Shown: positions 10,086 to 19,890, numbered from the stretch's first letter. The stretch is DNA of 64,000 nt from Spirochaetia bacterium (GCA_965203905.1 CBDBDQ010000005.1:1120001-1184000), one strand, 5' to 3'. The notes: generated by a model not told the origin, from the letters alone. Made by a program: numbers and translations.

Positions 10086-10924
10086 CCGTACGCGTCTGCA
10101 TCGTTACCGGGTTCGGAATCAATACCGAACGCGAGATGGCCCTGGCGTTCGAGCTGGCCGGGGCGCGTGCCGTCTGTCTCCACGTCAACGACCTGATCGC
10201 CGCTCCGGAGCGCCTCGCCGAATTCGGGATCTTCGTGCTGCCGGGCGGCTTCTCCTTCGGCGACCACATCGGCTCCGGAGCCATGCTGGCGGCGCTCATG
10301 GCGCGCACCCTGCGTGAGCCACTGGCGGCGTTCATCGATCGCGGCGGCCTGGTGCTCGGCGTGTGCAACGGTTTTCAGGTGCTGGCACGCATGGGACTGG
10401 TGCCCGGCGTCGACGGCTGGGCACAGTCCGTGGCCCTGGTGCACAACGACTCCGGCCGCTTCGAGGATCGCTGGGTCGACGTGCGGTTCGACCCGGCCTC
10501 GCCGTGCCTGTGGACTCGGGGGATCGAGCGGCTGGCGCTCCCCGTGCGGCATGGCGAAGGCAAGCTGGTCGCCCCTGCCGACCTCCTGCAGCGAGTCGAC
10601 GCCGCCCACCTCGGGGCCGCCCGCTACACCACGCCGGCAGGCCAGGCCGATTCCGGCTCGGCAACGGTCCCCTATCCCGCCAACCCCAACGGCTCGCTGC
10701 GCAACCTGGCGGGACTGTGCGATCCGAGCGGCCAGGTGTTCGGCCTCATGCCGCACCCCGAAGCGTTCCTGCACCGGCACCATCACCCCACCTGGCGCGG
10801 CGCGCCGCCGGAGCAGCTTACGGCCATGGACGACGGCGCCCTGCAGCTATTCCGCAACGCCGTGAACCATGCCACCAGGCGGCAGCTCGTCAATCCGCTC
10901 GCCCTCAATGCAGAGAGACTTTGA
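10082..10924 (+). CDS. purQ: FGAM synthase glutaminase subunit
   Basis: GFGINTE, LPGGFSFGD, GVCNGFQ, HGEG, NPNGS, GLMPHPE. ATG overlaps the purL stop. Confidence 0.96.
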   Translation: MTVRVCIVTGFGINTEREMALAFELAGARAVCLHVNDLIAAPERLAEFGIFVLPGGFSFGDHIGSGAMLAALMARTLREPLAAFIDRGGLVLGVCNGFQVLARMGLVPGVDGWAQSVALVHNDSGRFEDRWVDVRFDPASPCLWTRGIERLALPVRHGEGKLVAPADLLQRVDAAHLGAARYTTPAGQADSGSATVPYPANPNGSLRNLAGLCDPSGQVFGLMPHPEAFLHRHHHPTWRGAPPEQLTAMDDGALQLFRNAVNHATRRQLVNPLALNAERL

Positions 10925-11135
10925 GCACCGGTATCCGAGCAGTGTCTTATCTACGTCCTCTGGCATGCCGCGGAGAGCCTGGAGCATCGCGCGCAGATCC
11001 TCTCTCAGCCGCGCGACGGCTTCGGCGCGGGATCGAGTCCACACTCACCGAGCACAAGCGGATACGCAGCCGCTCCTGATCCCCGAGGTAGACATCGGGC
11101 ACTCTGCCGGTCCCCACGGATTCTCTCGCGTTCAT
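10925..11135 (-). pseudogene. Possible small frameshifted hypothetical gene
   Basis: Strong GGGAGG RBS before ATG 11135. Protein-like sequence continues in another frame near 11045 (RSRAEAVARLREDLRAMLQALRG). Confidence 0.25.
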
Positions 11136-11153
11136 TGGGTCCCTCCCTATGGC

Positions 11154-11660
11154 CTATGGCAGGGAATGTGCCGTCGTGTGGGTCACCGTCAGAAACTCCA
11201 GCCCGGCGGAGGTTGAGGAGCCGGCGAGGTCGTCCACCAGCAGGTAGCGTGCCTCGGTCCCGGTGTCGAGCAGGGCGCAGAGACTGGCTGCCGGGTCACC
11301 GGCCCAGACCACGCGGATCTCTTCCAACTCTTCCAGCTCTTCCAGCACCACGGCCCACTCGTCAACTGGCCCCGTGGAAGAGCGGCCATAGCGTACCAGG
11401 CGCTCGTAGAAGACATGGCCGCAGAGGTCATGCAGGTCGTACCCACGCTGCTCGCCAGCGAACGGGACCGCCGCCGGTGATGGGCCGCACCATTCTGGCG
11501 GGGTTGATCCGAGGCACGTTGACGGTGACGCCAGCCAGTGCAACCCATCCGGCGTTGCGAGCAGCGCACTGTGATGCGGCATGGCCGTCGCGCGCTCCTG
11601 GGCGCAAACCGTGGCGACGGCGGAAGAGATCGCTAGCGCGAGAAGGATGATCGTTTTCAT
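11154..11660 (-). CDS. Hypothetical secreted protein
   Basis: GGAGG RBS, ATG 11660, Sec signal MKTIILLALAISSAVATVCA. Confidence 0.65.
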   Translation of the reverse strand: MKTIILLALAISSAVATVCAQERATAMPHHSALLATPDGLHWLASPSTCLGSTPPEWCGPSPAAVPFAGEQRGYDLHDLCGHVFYERLVRYGRSSTGPVDEWAVVLEELEELEEIRVVWAGDPAASLCALLDTGTEARYLLVDDLAGSSTSAGLEFLTVTHTTAHSLP

Positions 11661-11836
11661 TCCACACCTCCACGATTGGGGGTTATCGGCCAGTTTAGAG
11701 CATCGCGCTACTTCGGTCATCGATTCACCGCCGAACCGCCGAACCCGCCGAACTACGGCGACCGGGGACCATCGCTCCCCTCGGGCCCTCACGTCGAGGG
11801 GATACTCTCCATCCCGTACGCAGGCGCTCGTGCTGG

Positions 11837-12039
11837 TCAGAACCGGTAGACGAGCGGCTGGTCGGCGGCGAGAGCCGGGTGGAAGAGAAGCAGGACGGTG
11901 CCGGAGTCCTGGCCGTAGGCTGCCCGGTAGCGCTCCCTGATCGGCGCGAGATCGAAGCGGAGCTGCCTGGTCGGATAGGCCTTCGCAGGGGTTGGCGTCA
12001 TGGGTGAGCACCACAGGCAGTTGGACGGGGGAAGACTCC
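11837..12039 (-). pseudogene. 3' remnant of a hypothetical (possibly NigD-C-like) protein gene
   Basis: ESSPVQLPVVLTHDANPCE, then a frameshift to AYPTRQLRFDLAPIRERYRAAYGQDSGTVLLL...YRF*. 5' part missing next to the HNH gene. The family call is from memory. Confidence 0.4.
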
Positions 12040-12134
12040 TATCCCACGCTGCGCGACAAGCCGGCTACCGATCGTTGCTCCCGCTGCCCTCGGACCGACA
12101 CCCGACCGCCCAACTCGCACCCGGCGCGCGCCGA

Positions 12135-13748
12135 TCACGTTGCCCCGCCTGGCGGCGATCCGTACTCCCGATGCCGGAAGCGGTGGTGGGCAGAACAATG
12201 TAGCCTCAAGTTCCCGGGCTCCGCACCGCCGCCGAGGGCGAAGGGAACGATGTGGTCGAGCTCCAGCAGGAAGCGGGAGCCGCAGCGCCGCCCGCTGTGC
12301 GGATCGACGTAACTGCAGCAGCCGCCGTCGCGCTGCCACACCTCGCGCCGCACGGGTGCCGGAATGTAGCGGGATCGGCGCGCCCGGTGGGGCGGCTGCG
12401 CGCTGCCTCCGGACGGGCCGGCTGCCGCCGCCTGCTGCCGCGAACGGCCATCGAGCTGCGCTCCTGCCGGCTTTGCCGCCCCTGCCCGCTGCGCCGCCCC
12501 TGCCCGCTTCGCTGGCGAAGGAGCGTGGCGACCGCGATCCACCGCTGCCGTCGCGGTCGGCCTGCTCTGGTCTGCCGGCGGCGTCGGTACGGTGGCGTGG
12601 GACCCACGATCGGCCACCGACTTCGGCGCCGAAGTAGTGGTGCCGGGCGCCGCCGCCGCTGGCTTGGCACTCACCACGGTGCCGCCGCCGCAAGTCTCGC
12701 GCCCCGCCGGCGGCGCGGACAGCGCCGCCACCGCCGAGGTGCCGGCGCCGCCAATCCCGCGCGCGGGTTCCGCTGCGGTCAGCGCTGCCGGCGCCGGGGT
12801 GCTGCCACCGGCGCTCGTGCCCTCCGGCGTCGGCGGCACTCCGGGTTGTTCCTGCGCGCCCCGCTTCGCCAGCGAAGTCGCCCCGCCTGCCGGCCCTTCC
12901 TGTTCCTTCGGCTCCGGCGCCTGGCCCGCGCTTGCCTCCCGGCGCCCACCTCTGCGTCCGCGCGGCGGCCGCCCCGGGTCGTAGCGCTGCAGGCCGTCCT
13001 GCACCAGCCGCTCCACCAGTTGCCCCAGCGTCAGGTGCGGGTCCACGTGCGACAGCAGTGCCCGTAACTGCTCGATCCCGCGCTGACAGGCAGAGTCGAT
13101 CTCCACCTTCAACTCCCAGCGGTCCTCGCCCAGCGCCCGCATGCGATCCGCCGGCCGGGCCAGCTCGGGAGCCACCCCGGCCAACAACTGCTTCACCTCG
13201 CGGGTGCTTTTGCCGCTCGCCTGCGCCACCAGCTCCTGCCGCTGCGCCGCGTCCAGCGCCGGCACCGGTCCCGCCGCCGCCGCTGCCGCGGTCCCCGCAG
13301 CCCCCGCCTCCGGCGCCGGACCCGTGCCGCCCGGCAGCAGCTCCGCTGCCGCCGGTGCCGAGCCGGGGGCCGCGGCGGCGGTGGCCGTGCGCTGCAGGAG
13401 ATCGAAGGTGTTCTGCAACTGCGCCGCGGCGCTCAGGGAGAGCGAGCCGTCCTGCAGCCGCTCGCGTGACCCGGCGGTCTCGGAGCACAGGCGCATGGCC
13501 TTTATGCGGCGCCAGGCGGCGCCTTCGCTGTAGCCCAGCTCGCGCACGGCGTAGTCGAACAGGCTGGAGAACCCGAGGCGCAGGTGCAGGTGGCGCGCCT
13601 GGATCTCGCGCAGGTGGTCGAGGACGGCGAGCTGCAGCGCCTGCTCGTGCAGGACGAGGGACCTGGTATGCGCCAGCAGCACCTGGTCGGGGAGCCCGGA
13701 GAGGGAGGAGGAGAAGCCGGGAGCGGTCGCGGTGGCCACAGTAGCCAT
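12135..13748 (-). CDS. HNH endonuclease with DUF222-like N-terminal helical domain (putative mobile/selfish gene)
   Basis: N-term LGFSSLFDYAVRELGYSEGAAWRRI, long Ala/Pro linker, C-term RYIPAPVRREVWQRDGGCC...LELDHIVPFALGG..NLRLHCSAHH. Confidence 0.9.
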   Translation of the reverse strand: MATVATATAPGFSSSLSGLPDQVLLAHTRSLVLHEQALQLAVLDHLREIQARHLHLRLGFSSLFDYAVRELGYSEGAAWRRIKAMRLCSETAGSRERLQDGSLSLSAAAQLQNTFDLLQRTATAAAAPGSAPAAAELLPGGTGPAPEAGAAGTAAAAAAGPVPALDAAQRQELVAQASGKSTREVKQLLAGVAPELARPADRMRALGEDRWELKVEIDSACQRGIEQLRALLSHVDPHLTLGQLVERLVQDGLQRYDPGRPPRGRRGGRREASAGQAPEPKEQEGPAGGATSLAKRGAQEQPGVPPTPEGTSAGGSTPAPAALTAAEPARGIGGAGTSAVAALSAPPAGRETCGGGTVVSAKPAAAAPGTTTSAPKSVADRGSHATVPTPPADQSRPTATAAVDRGRHAPSPAKRAGAAQRAGAAKPAGAQLDGRSRQQAAAAGPSGGSAQPPHRARRSRYIPAPVRREVWQRDGGCCSYVDPHSGRRCGSRFLLELDHIVPFALGGGAEPGNLRLHCSAHHRFRHREYGSPPGGAT

Positions 13749-14219
13749 GGCGTAAATATAAGCATGGCTGAGAAATAACCGGTTTCGGTGAGTCCCGGAC
13801 CGGCCCTGGGAAAGGCTCAGGCCGGCGCTGGCGGGGTGCTGGCGGGCCTGGAGGGCGTGGGCGGATGTTCGAAGGGTCGGAGGGGCCGGAACGTGCGGCA
13901 GGAGGCCGTCACGAGCAGCGCCAAACCCGTCAAGTGCTCAGCGCGTTTTTTTGGCACTTTTTCGCAGAATCCTGCGAATCCTGCACCGCGGCGCCGACGT
14001 GGAAGCAACGCATCAACGCATCGGCGGAGACCGGCGTTGCGGGAGGCGGCAACCCGTTCATTTATGGACACCTCGTACAGCGAACGACCCCATGCATCTG
14101 AAGGAGGCGCCCTGGCAGGCTCCGGGGCAATCACCGCCGCTCGGCCACTACTGCCAGAACATCCCTTGCCCACACCGGATTCAGACGTCGTTCAGCATGG
14201 ATGGCTTTGGACGTTGTGA

Positions 14220-14572
14220 GGCCGGAGTCGCGTCAACCGGCGCTGCCGGCGTGGGGCAACTCCACCACCAGGTAATCAGCTTGATGCCGAAACGATCGAA
14301 CGCTCCTTCCATCACCAGGCTGGTGACGTTGGCCTGCGCCGCCTGGGCCGCACTAATGTGGTACAGGTCCTTGACGGAGTCGATCTCGTTGTGCAGGTCG
14401 CAGTCGATGATCGCGGGTCGCGCCGGCGCGGCTGCCTCGGCGACGGCTACACGCCGGCCCATCGATCGGCACTGCGGTTGCGGTCTGGCTCATGCTCTCG
14501 CCTCCTCGCAGATGGTAACGGCTGCGCGTATCCTGACCGTTACCCTGCACTGAAACCGGCGCTGTGTACCAG
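14220..14572 (-). pseudogene. Collapsed relic copy of the amidohydrolase-Rieske operon at 24045-25725
   Basis: Four collinear segments match ~24045-24099, ~24876-24963, ~25513-25675 and ~25696-25723. Confidence 0.88.
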
Positions 14573-14767
14573 CAGCGCAGGGCAGCCCTTGCGCAGCCGC
14601 TCGTCGCGAGCGCCGGGCACGGGTGTTGCCGGCCACGGCGGCGCCCCCATGGCGGACGTCCTTGGCAGGGTGCCACACATGGCATTGCCCGCCTCGACGG
14701 CGCCGGGCGACCCTACGGAACGGCGCGGCCGGGCCAGAGCGACGCCGACCGCCGCCGGCTTCGGACG

Positions 14768-15124
14768 CTACAGGTCCACGTAGATCCAGCCGTCGCGGAC
14801 CGCCGCCGGGTAGAGCTTGAGGCGCTGCTTGACCGGGAGCACCGGGCGGCCGGTGTCGAGGAAGAACTCCCAGTGGTGCCACGGGCAGCGCAGCACCTTG
14901 CGCGAGTGGTCCACCCGCAGCGGTTCGCCGGGCAGGGTGATCGGTGCGAAGCTCTCGAGTTGCCCGCGGCAGATCGGCGCGCCCTTGTGGGGGCAGTAGT
15001 CGAGCACCGCCCGCACCGCGGCGCCGCTGCGGTAGAGGCCGATCGACTTGCCCTGCACCTCGACCAGCGCCGGGGCGCCGTCGGAGGCGAGCCGATCCGC
15101 GCGCAGCACCCGGTGCCAGCTCAT
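14768..15124 (-). CDS. Rieske [2Fe-2S] ferredoxin
   Basis: CPHKGAP ... CPWHHWEF. ATG overlaps the upstream stop. Confidence 0.92.
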   Translation of the reverse strand: MSWHRVLRADRLASDGAPALVEVQGKSIGLYRSGAAVRAVLDYCPHKGAPICRGQLESFAPITLPGEPLRVDHSRKVLRCPWHHWEFFLDTGRPVLPVKQRLKLYPAAVRDGWIYVDL

Positions 15125-16236
15125 GCCGAGGCGGCCGGTGCGGAGGCCTGTGCGGCGGCCGCCTCGGCGGCGCCTGACTCCTCCATCGTCTCCTCCAGGG
15201 CGAACAGCTCCATCGCATTGCGCCAGTAGATGCGCTCCAGCACCTCCGGCCCCAACTGCTTCGGCAGGCAGCCCGGTTCGTCGGCGTCGAAGTGCGGGTA
15301 GTCGCTGGCGAACAGCAGGGTGCGGGCGGCGTCGACCATCTCGTAGATCTGCACGAGCTGCCGCGCCTGCGGCGGTTCCTCGATCGGCTGCGTGGTCAGG
15401 CGCACGTGGTCGCGCACGTAGGCGCTGGGCAGCCGGCGCAGGAACGGAGCCTCGTGGCGCAGCGCCTGGTACTCCTTGTCCATGCGCCACATCACGTGCG
15501 GCAGCCAGGACACGCCTCCCTCCACCAGGATCACGCGCAGGCCGGGGAAGCGTTCGAACACCCCCTCCAGCACCAGGCTCACCAAGTCGGACATGTAGAA
15601 CTGCGGCAGGCAGGTGTGCGACTGCAGGTAGTTGGTGGCCATGCCGGTGGGCAGCGAGGCGGCGTTGGCGATCACCGAGGTGGTGGACGGGTGGATGTGC
15701 AGCGGCATCGCGGCGCGCTCGGCGGCGGCGAACAGCGGCCAGTAGAAGCGCTGGCCGAGCGGGATGCGGTGCGCGGTGGCGAAGATGCCCGCCGCCACCA
15801 CGCGCGGGTGGCCGCCGAGCCGTTCCACCTCCGCGGCCGCCTGCTGCGGGTCCTGCAGCGCCACGCAGGCGGTCATCAGGTAGCGGTCGTCCGCCGCCAG
15901 CCAGTAGGCGAGCGCGGCGTCGTTGGTGGCGCGGCACACGGCGGCGGCGTAGTCGGGGTCCGGGATGCCGGCCACGGCACCCGAGTTGTGCGACAGCACC
16001 GCGCGCGCGATGCCGCGCCGGTCCAGGTGGTCCTCCGCGGTCCAGGCTGGATCGGAGCCGCCGCGGCGGCCATCGGATGCGGTGGCGTCGGCACGCGAGC
16101 CGCCGTCCTCCCAGCGGATGCCGGGGAACAGCTTGCGATACCCGAAGCGCGCCACCTCGCTGCGGTAGGGCTCGTCCAGGTAATCGAGCACCACTTCCAT
16201 GGGGCTGGAGTTGTGTACGTCACAGTCGAATATCAT
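15121..16236 (-). CDS. Amidohydrolase-fold protein (probable dinuclear oxygenase, AibH2/PtmU3-like)
   Basis: DCDVHN, HIHP, EGVFERFPGL..LVEGG, TTQP, ASDYPHFD. AAGGGA RBS before ATG 16236. Confidence 0.88.
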   Translation of the reverse strand: MIFDCDVHNSSPMEVVLDYLDEPYRSEVARFGYRKLFPGIRWEDGGSRADATASDGRRGGSDPAWTAEDHLDRRGIARAVLSHNSGAVAGIPDPDYAAAVCRATNDAALAYWLAADDRYLMTACVALQDPQQAAAEVERLGGHPRVVAAGIFATAHRIPLGQRFYWPLFAAAERAAMPLHIHPSTTSVIANAASLPTGMATNYLQSHTCLPQFYMSDLVSLVLEGVFERFPGLRVILVEGGVSWLPHVMWRMDKEYQALRHEAPFLRRLPSAYVRDHVRLTTQPIEEPPQARQLVQIYEMVDAARTLLFASDYPHFDADEPGCLPKQLGPEVLERIYWRNAMELFALEETMEESGAAEAAAAQASAPAASA

Positions 16237-16490
16237 CTGTCCCTTCACTGCCGAGGCGCCGCGCGGCGACCGGCGTTCGCGGCAGGAGACCGGCCGTGCG
16301 ACCGGCGGCCCCGGGCGCCAGGTCGGCGCACGGTGCGCAGCGTGCTGCGCCCCGCACGGAGCGGAGAGCGGTTACGCCCCCCGCTCCGCGGCACCCTCCT
16401 CCGTGCGGTCGTAGCGGCGCGTCTTACCGCCCCGCCGACCGTACGGAGTCCTGTCGGATCTGCCGCTGACGCGCCACTCCGCCAAGCGCC

Positions 16491-17972
16491 CTACAGCCCG
16501 CGCTCGCGCCGGTAGATTTCCGTCGCCTGCTCCTGCCAAGTCGCGCCGCCCTCCTGCAGCCAGCGGTCGACGAAGCGCCGGTACTCCGCTTCCAGGTCGC
16601 CCTCGGTCGCGATCAGGGTCGCCAGGGCCTCGTATTCGAGATCCGTCAGCGTCGTGCCCAGGTCGCGCTGGATCGGCGGGGTGGCGAAGATGAAGGCGTC
16701 CTCGATGGTGTTGTCCAGCCCCATCTGCAGCGCCGCCCGCGTCTGCGGGTTCATGGTCAGGGTCTCCGCGTCGCCGAGCATGCGGCGGTGCAGTCCCCAG
16801 TAGATAAAGCCCCCGGCGGTACGCTGCGTCGCCGAGTCGTTGTAGGGCTCCAGGTACTCGAACTTGCCGGCCTCCTTGTCGAGCCACCGGTAATAGGTAC
16901 CCTCGATGCCGAAGTAGAGGAGCTGGTTGCCGTCGTCGGTGTGGAAGTAATCCATCAGCTTCACTGCGGCCTCGGCCACCCCGGAGGTCGCATTCACGGA
17001 GGTGATCCCGGTGCCGTACATTGCCAGCGATCCGCCGTGGCCCTCCGGTCCCTTGATCAGGGCGAAGTCGAAGGTCGGGATCGGGTCCTCGGTGTAGCGC
17101 CCGATCCAGTTGTTGGTGGTGCCGACCGCGGTGAAGTCGAACGATCCGTAGATGCCGTTCCACAGCTTCTCGAACGTCGGCAGGGCGGTGAGGGTGGCGA
17201 AGTCCGGCTCCATCAATCCCTCGCGATAGAGCCGCCGGTAGTAGCGGATCGCGTCCAGGTAGTTCTCGTGCAGCAGGAACGAGGTGACCACCCCGTCCTG
17301 GTAGATCGGATAGAAGGCCGGAATGCCGAAGGCGGCGAAGATCGATCCCCAGCAGACCCGCTGTCTCAGGTAGAGGCCGAGGCCGATGGTGTCCTGCTGG
17401 CCGTCGCCGTCCGGGTCGTCGTAGGTCAGCGCCCGCAACACCTCGTACAGCGAGTCGAGATCGGTGGGCAGCTCCATCCCCAGGTTGTCGAGCCAGTCGG
17501 TGCGGAAGGCGAAGTTGTTGGGATACCAACCCGGCCGCGGAATGCCCCAGATCGTGCCCTCGGCGTTGATGCCGTTGCGGATCACGTGCCCCTTGTCGGC
17601 CAGGATGTTGGGGCCATGCTGCTCCAGCAGCTCGTCGAGCGCCAGCAGCAGGCCGTTGTCCCGGTACTTCTCCTGGTCGGCTACGGTGCCGACGCCGAAC
17701 ATGTCCGGCACCGTGCGCGACGCGATCATGCTGTTGAACTTGGTGATGTAGTCCTGGCCGGGCACGGCGATAACCTCGTACCTGATCCCGGTACGGGCCT
17801 CGATTTCCTGCAGCACCGGGTTGTCGTCGGCCGGCGTGGTGGCCACGGAGTGGATCGCCGTCACGACGGGAGTCACGTCCGCGGCCCCTTCGCCGGCTCC
17901 ACCGGCGCTCGCCCATGTCGCACCGAGCAGCAGCACGGCCGCCATGGTGATCACTGTCAGTCGTTGTTTCAC
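16491..17972 (-). CDS. Carbohydrate ABC transporter solute-binding protein (LplA-like)
   Basis: GGGAGG RBS plus GTG 17972, signal peptide, RTDWLDNLGMELPT, DPDGDGQQDTIG, WLQEGG. Confidence 0.9.
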   Translation of the reverse strand: MKQRLTVITMAAVLLLGATWASAGGAGEGAADVTPVVTAIHSVATTPADDNPVLQEIEARTGIRYEVIAVPGQDYITKFNSMIASRTVPDMFGVGTVADQEKYRDNGLLLALDELLEQHGPNILADKGHVIRNGINAEGTIWGIPRPGWYPNNFAFRTDWLDNLGMELPTDLDSLYEVLRALTYDDPDGDGQQDTIGLGLYLRQRVCWGSIFAAFGIPAFYPIYQDGVVTSFLLHENYLDAIRYYRRLYREGLMEPDFATLTALPTFEKLWNGIYGSFDFTAVGTTNNWIGRYTEDPIPTFDFALIKGPEGHGGSLAMYGTGITSVNATSGVAEAAVKLMDYFHTDDGNQLLYFGIEGTYYRWLDKEAGKFEYLEPYNDSATQRTAGGFIYWGLHRRMLGDAETLTMNPQTRAALQMGLDNTIEDAFIFATPPIQRDLGTTLTDLEYEALATLIATEGDLEAEYRRFVDRWLQEGGATWQEQATEIYRRERGL

Positions 17973-18049
17973 GTTCAACCTCCCTGATTGACGCGTTTCG
18001 GTCCAGTTCGAGAATCGTGTCCGGCGGGCGTCCCTGCCGGACCACGGTT

Positions 18050-18928
18050 TCAGCCCTTGATCGATCCGATCATCACCCCCTTGACGTAGTACTTCTGCAG
18101 CCACGGGTAGACCAGCAGCACCGGCACCATGGAGGCGCCGACCGTGGCCATCAGCATGGTCTGCTCGGTCATCCCCTCGGTCGCCGTAAAGTCGTCCAGG
18201 TTGTTCAACTGCGCCAGCGAGCTGCCCGACAGCATGGCACGCAGGAACACCTGCAGAATCTGCTTGCGCGACTGGTCGATGTAGAGCACCCCGTCGATGT
18301 AGTAGTTCCAGTGGAACACGCCGTAGAACATGGCCACCGCCGCGATCACCGGCATCGACACCGGGATGATGATGGAGAACAGCGTGCGCAGGGGCGTGGC
18401 GCCGTCGATGTTGGCCGATTCCTCCAGGCTGTCGGGGAGATGCTGGAAGTAGTTCCGCATGATGAACACGTTGTAGGGCGCCACCAGCACCGGCAGGATC
18501 AGCGCCCAGCGGGAGTTCAGCAGGCCGAGATTGGCGACCACCAGGTAGAGCGGTATCAGACCGCCCTGGAACAGCATCGGAATGAACACGCCCATGGTGA
18601 TGATGTTGCGTCCCTTGAGCCGGCGCCGCGACAACGGATAGGCGAGCATCGCGGTCACCACGATACCCAGGCTGGTGCCGACGCCGGTGCGGAAGACGGT
18701 GTTGCCGTAGGCGGTGAAGATGGCGCCGCTGCGGAACATCAGCCCATAGGCGGCGAAATTCAGTTCGCGCGGCCACAGGAACAGGCCTCCCGACATCGCC
18801 GGCTGCGAATCGGACAGCGAGTACATGATCACGTGCCAGAACGGATACAGCGTGATCACCATGATCACGAACAGCAGCGCGTAGACCACGATGCGGCCGA
18901 CCCGTTCGCCGCGGGCGAGGGCAATCAT
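18050..18928 (-). CDS. Carbohydrate ABC transporter permease (LplC-like)
   Basis: AYPLSR, GGLIPLY, EAA motif LEESANIDGA, YPWLQKYYVKGVMIGSIKG. Confidence 0.94.
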   Translation of the reverse strand: MIALARGERVGRIVVYALLFVIMVITLYPFWHVIMYSLSDSQPAMSGGLFLWPRELNFAAYGLMFRSGAIFTAYGNTVFRTGVGTSLGIVVTAMLAYPLSRRRLKGRNIITMGVFIPMLFQGGLIPLYLVVANLGLLNSRWALILPVLVAPYNVFIMRNYFQHLPDSLEESANIDGATPLRTLFSIIIPVSMPVIAAVAMFYGVFHWNYYIDGVLYIDQSRKQILQVFLRAMLSGSSLAQLNNLDDFTATEGMTEQTMLMATVGASMVPVLLVYPWLQKYYVKGVMIGSIKG

Positions 18929-18935
18929 GCGGCCC

Positions 18936-19889
18936 TCATATCAGCCCGCTCTCGCGGTCGATGCGCTTGGCCACCCAGTTGGCTCCCAGCACCATCACCA
19001 GACCGATCACCGACTTGAACAGGCCGGCCGCGGTCGCCAGCGAGAAGTTGCGATCGACCAGGCCGACCTTGTACACGTAGGTGTCGATGATCTCGGCCAC
19101 CTCGTAGACCAGCGGATTGTAGATGGCGAAGATCTGCTCGAAGCCCGCCTCCATCAGGTCGCCGACGCGCAGGATCAGCAGGATGATGATGGTCAGCCGC
19201 AACGACGGCAGGGTGATGGAGAAGAGCTGGCGCCAGCGCCCGGCGCCGTCGATGGTCGCCGCCTCGTACAGTTGCGGGTCGATGCTGGCGATCGCTGCCA
19301 GGTAGATGATGGTTCCCACGCCCCACTGACGCCAGACGTAGGTGGCGACGATGACGCCGCGGAAGTGCTCCTTGGAGGCCATCAGGTTGACGATGCGGCC
19401 GCGGTAGCCGAACCACTCCAGGGCCGCCTGCAGCACGCCGGAGTTGGGTGACAGGATGGCCAGCATCAGGCCGCCGATTATCACCCAGGAGATGAACGAG
19501 GGCAGCAGCACCGAGGTCTGCACCAGCTTCTTGTAGTGGCGGTGCGCCACTTCGTTGATCAGCAGCGAGAGGATGATCGGCGCGGGAAAGCCGAATATCA
19601 GCTTGGCGAAGCTGATGATGACGTTGTTGCGGAAGGCGCGCCAGAACCCGGGCAGGGAAAACAGCCGCTCGAACGCTTCCGTGCCCATCCACGGCGCGGC
19701 GCCGGTGAAGATGTTGTAGTCGCGGAAGGCGAAGCTGACGCCGTAGATCGGCCAGTACTTGAAGGTGAGGAAGTAGATGATGCCCGGCACCATCATGGCG
19801 TAGAACATCCAGTCGCGGCGCAGGTAGGACCAGATGCTGCGCCGGTTGAGCGGTACCGCCGTGTCGCTGCGGGTCAGGTTCGAGGCCAC
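18936..19889 (-). CDS. Carbohydrate ABC transporter permease (LplB-like)
   Basis: FPAPIILSLLINE, PSFISWV, IDPQLYEAATIDGA, GLFKSVIG. Start GTG 19889 is inferred. Confidence 0.93.
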   Translation of the reverse strand: MASNLTRSDTAVPLNRRSIWSYLRRDWMFYAMMVPGIIYFLTFKYWPIYGVSFAFRDYNIFTGAAPWMGTEAFERLFSLPGFWRAFRNNVIISFAKLIFGFPAPIILSLLINEVAHRHYKKLVQTSVLLPSFISWVIIGGLMLAILSPNSGVLQAALEWFGYRGRIVNLMASKEHFRGVIVATYVWRQWGVGTIIYLAAIASIDPQLYEAATIDGAGRWRQLFSITLPSLRLTIIILLILRVGDLMEAGFEQIFAIYNPLVYEVAEIIDTYVYKVGLVDRNFSLATAAGLFKSVIGLVMVLGANWVAKRIDRESGLI

Positions 19890-19890
19890 T

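Noticed and set aside
13946-13978. Intrinsic terminator (T-runs plus hairpin)
   Set aside because: The T-runs precede the hairpin on plus and read as A-runs after it on minus, which is the wrong geometry on both strands.
12073-14010. Terminal inverted repeats (CGTTGCT/AGCAACG) around HNH1
   Set aside because: Only 7 bp, expected by chance, and no target-site duplication was seen.
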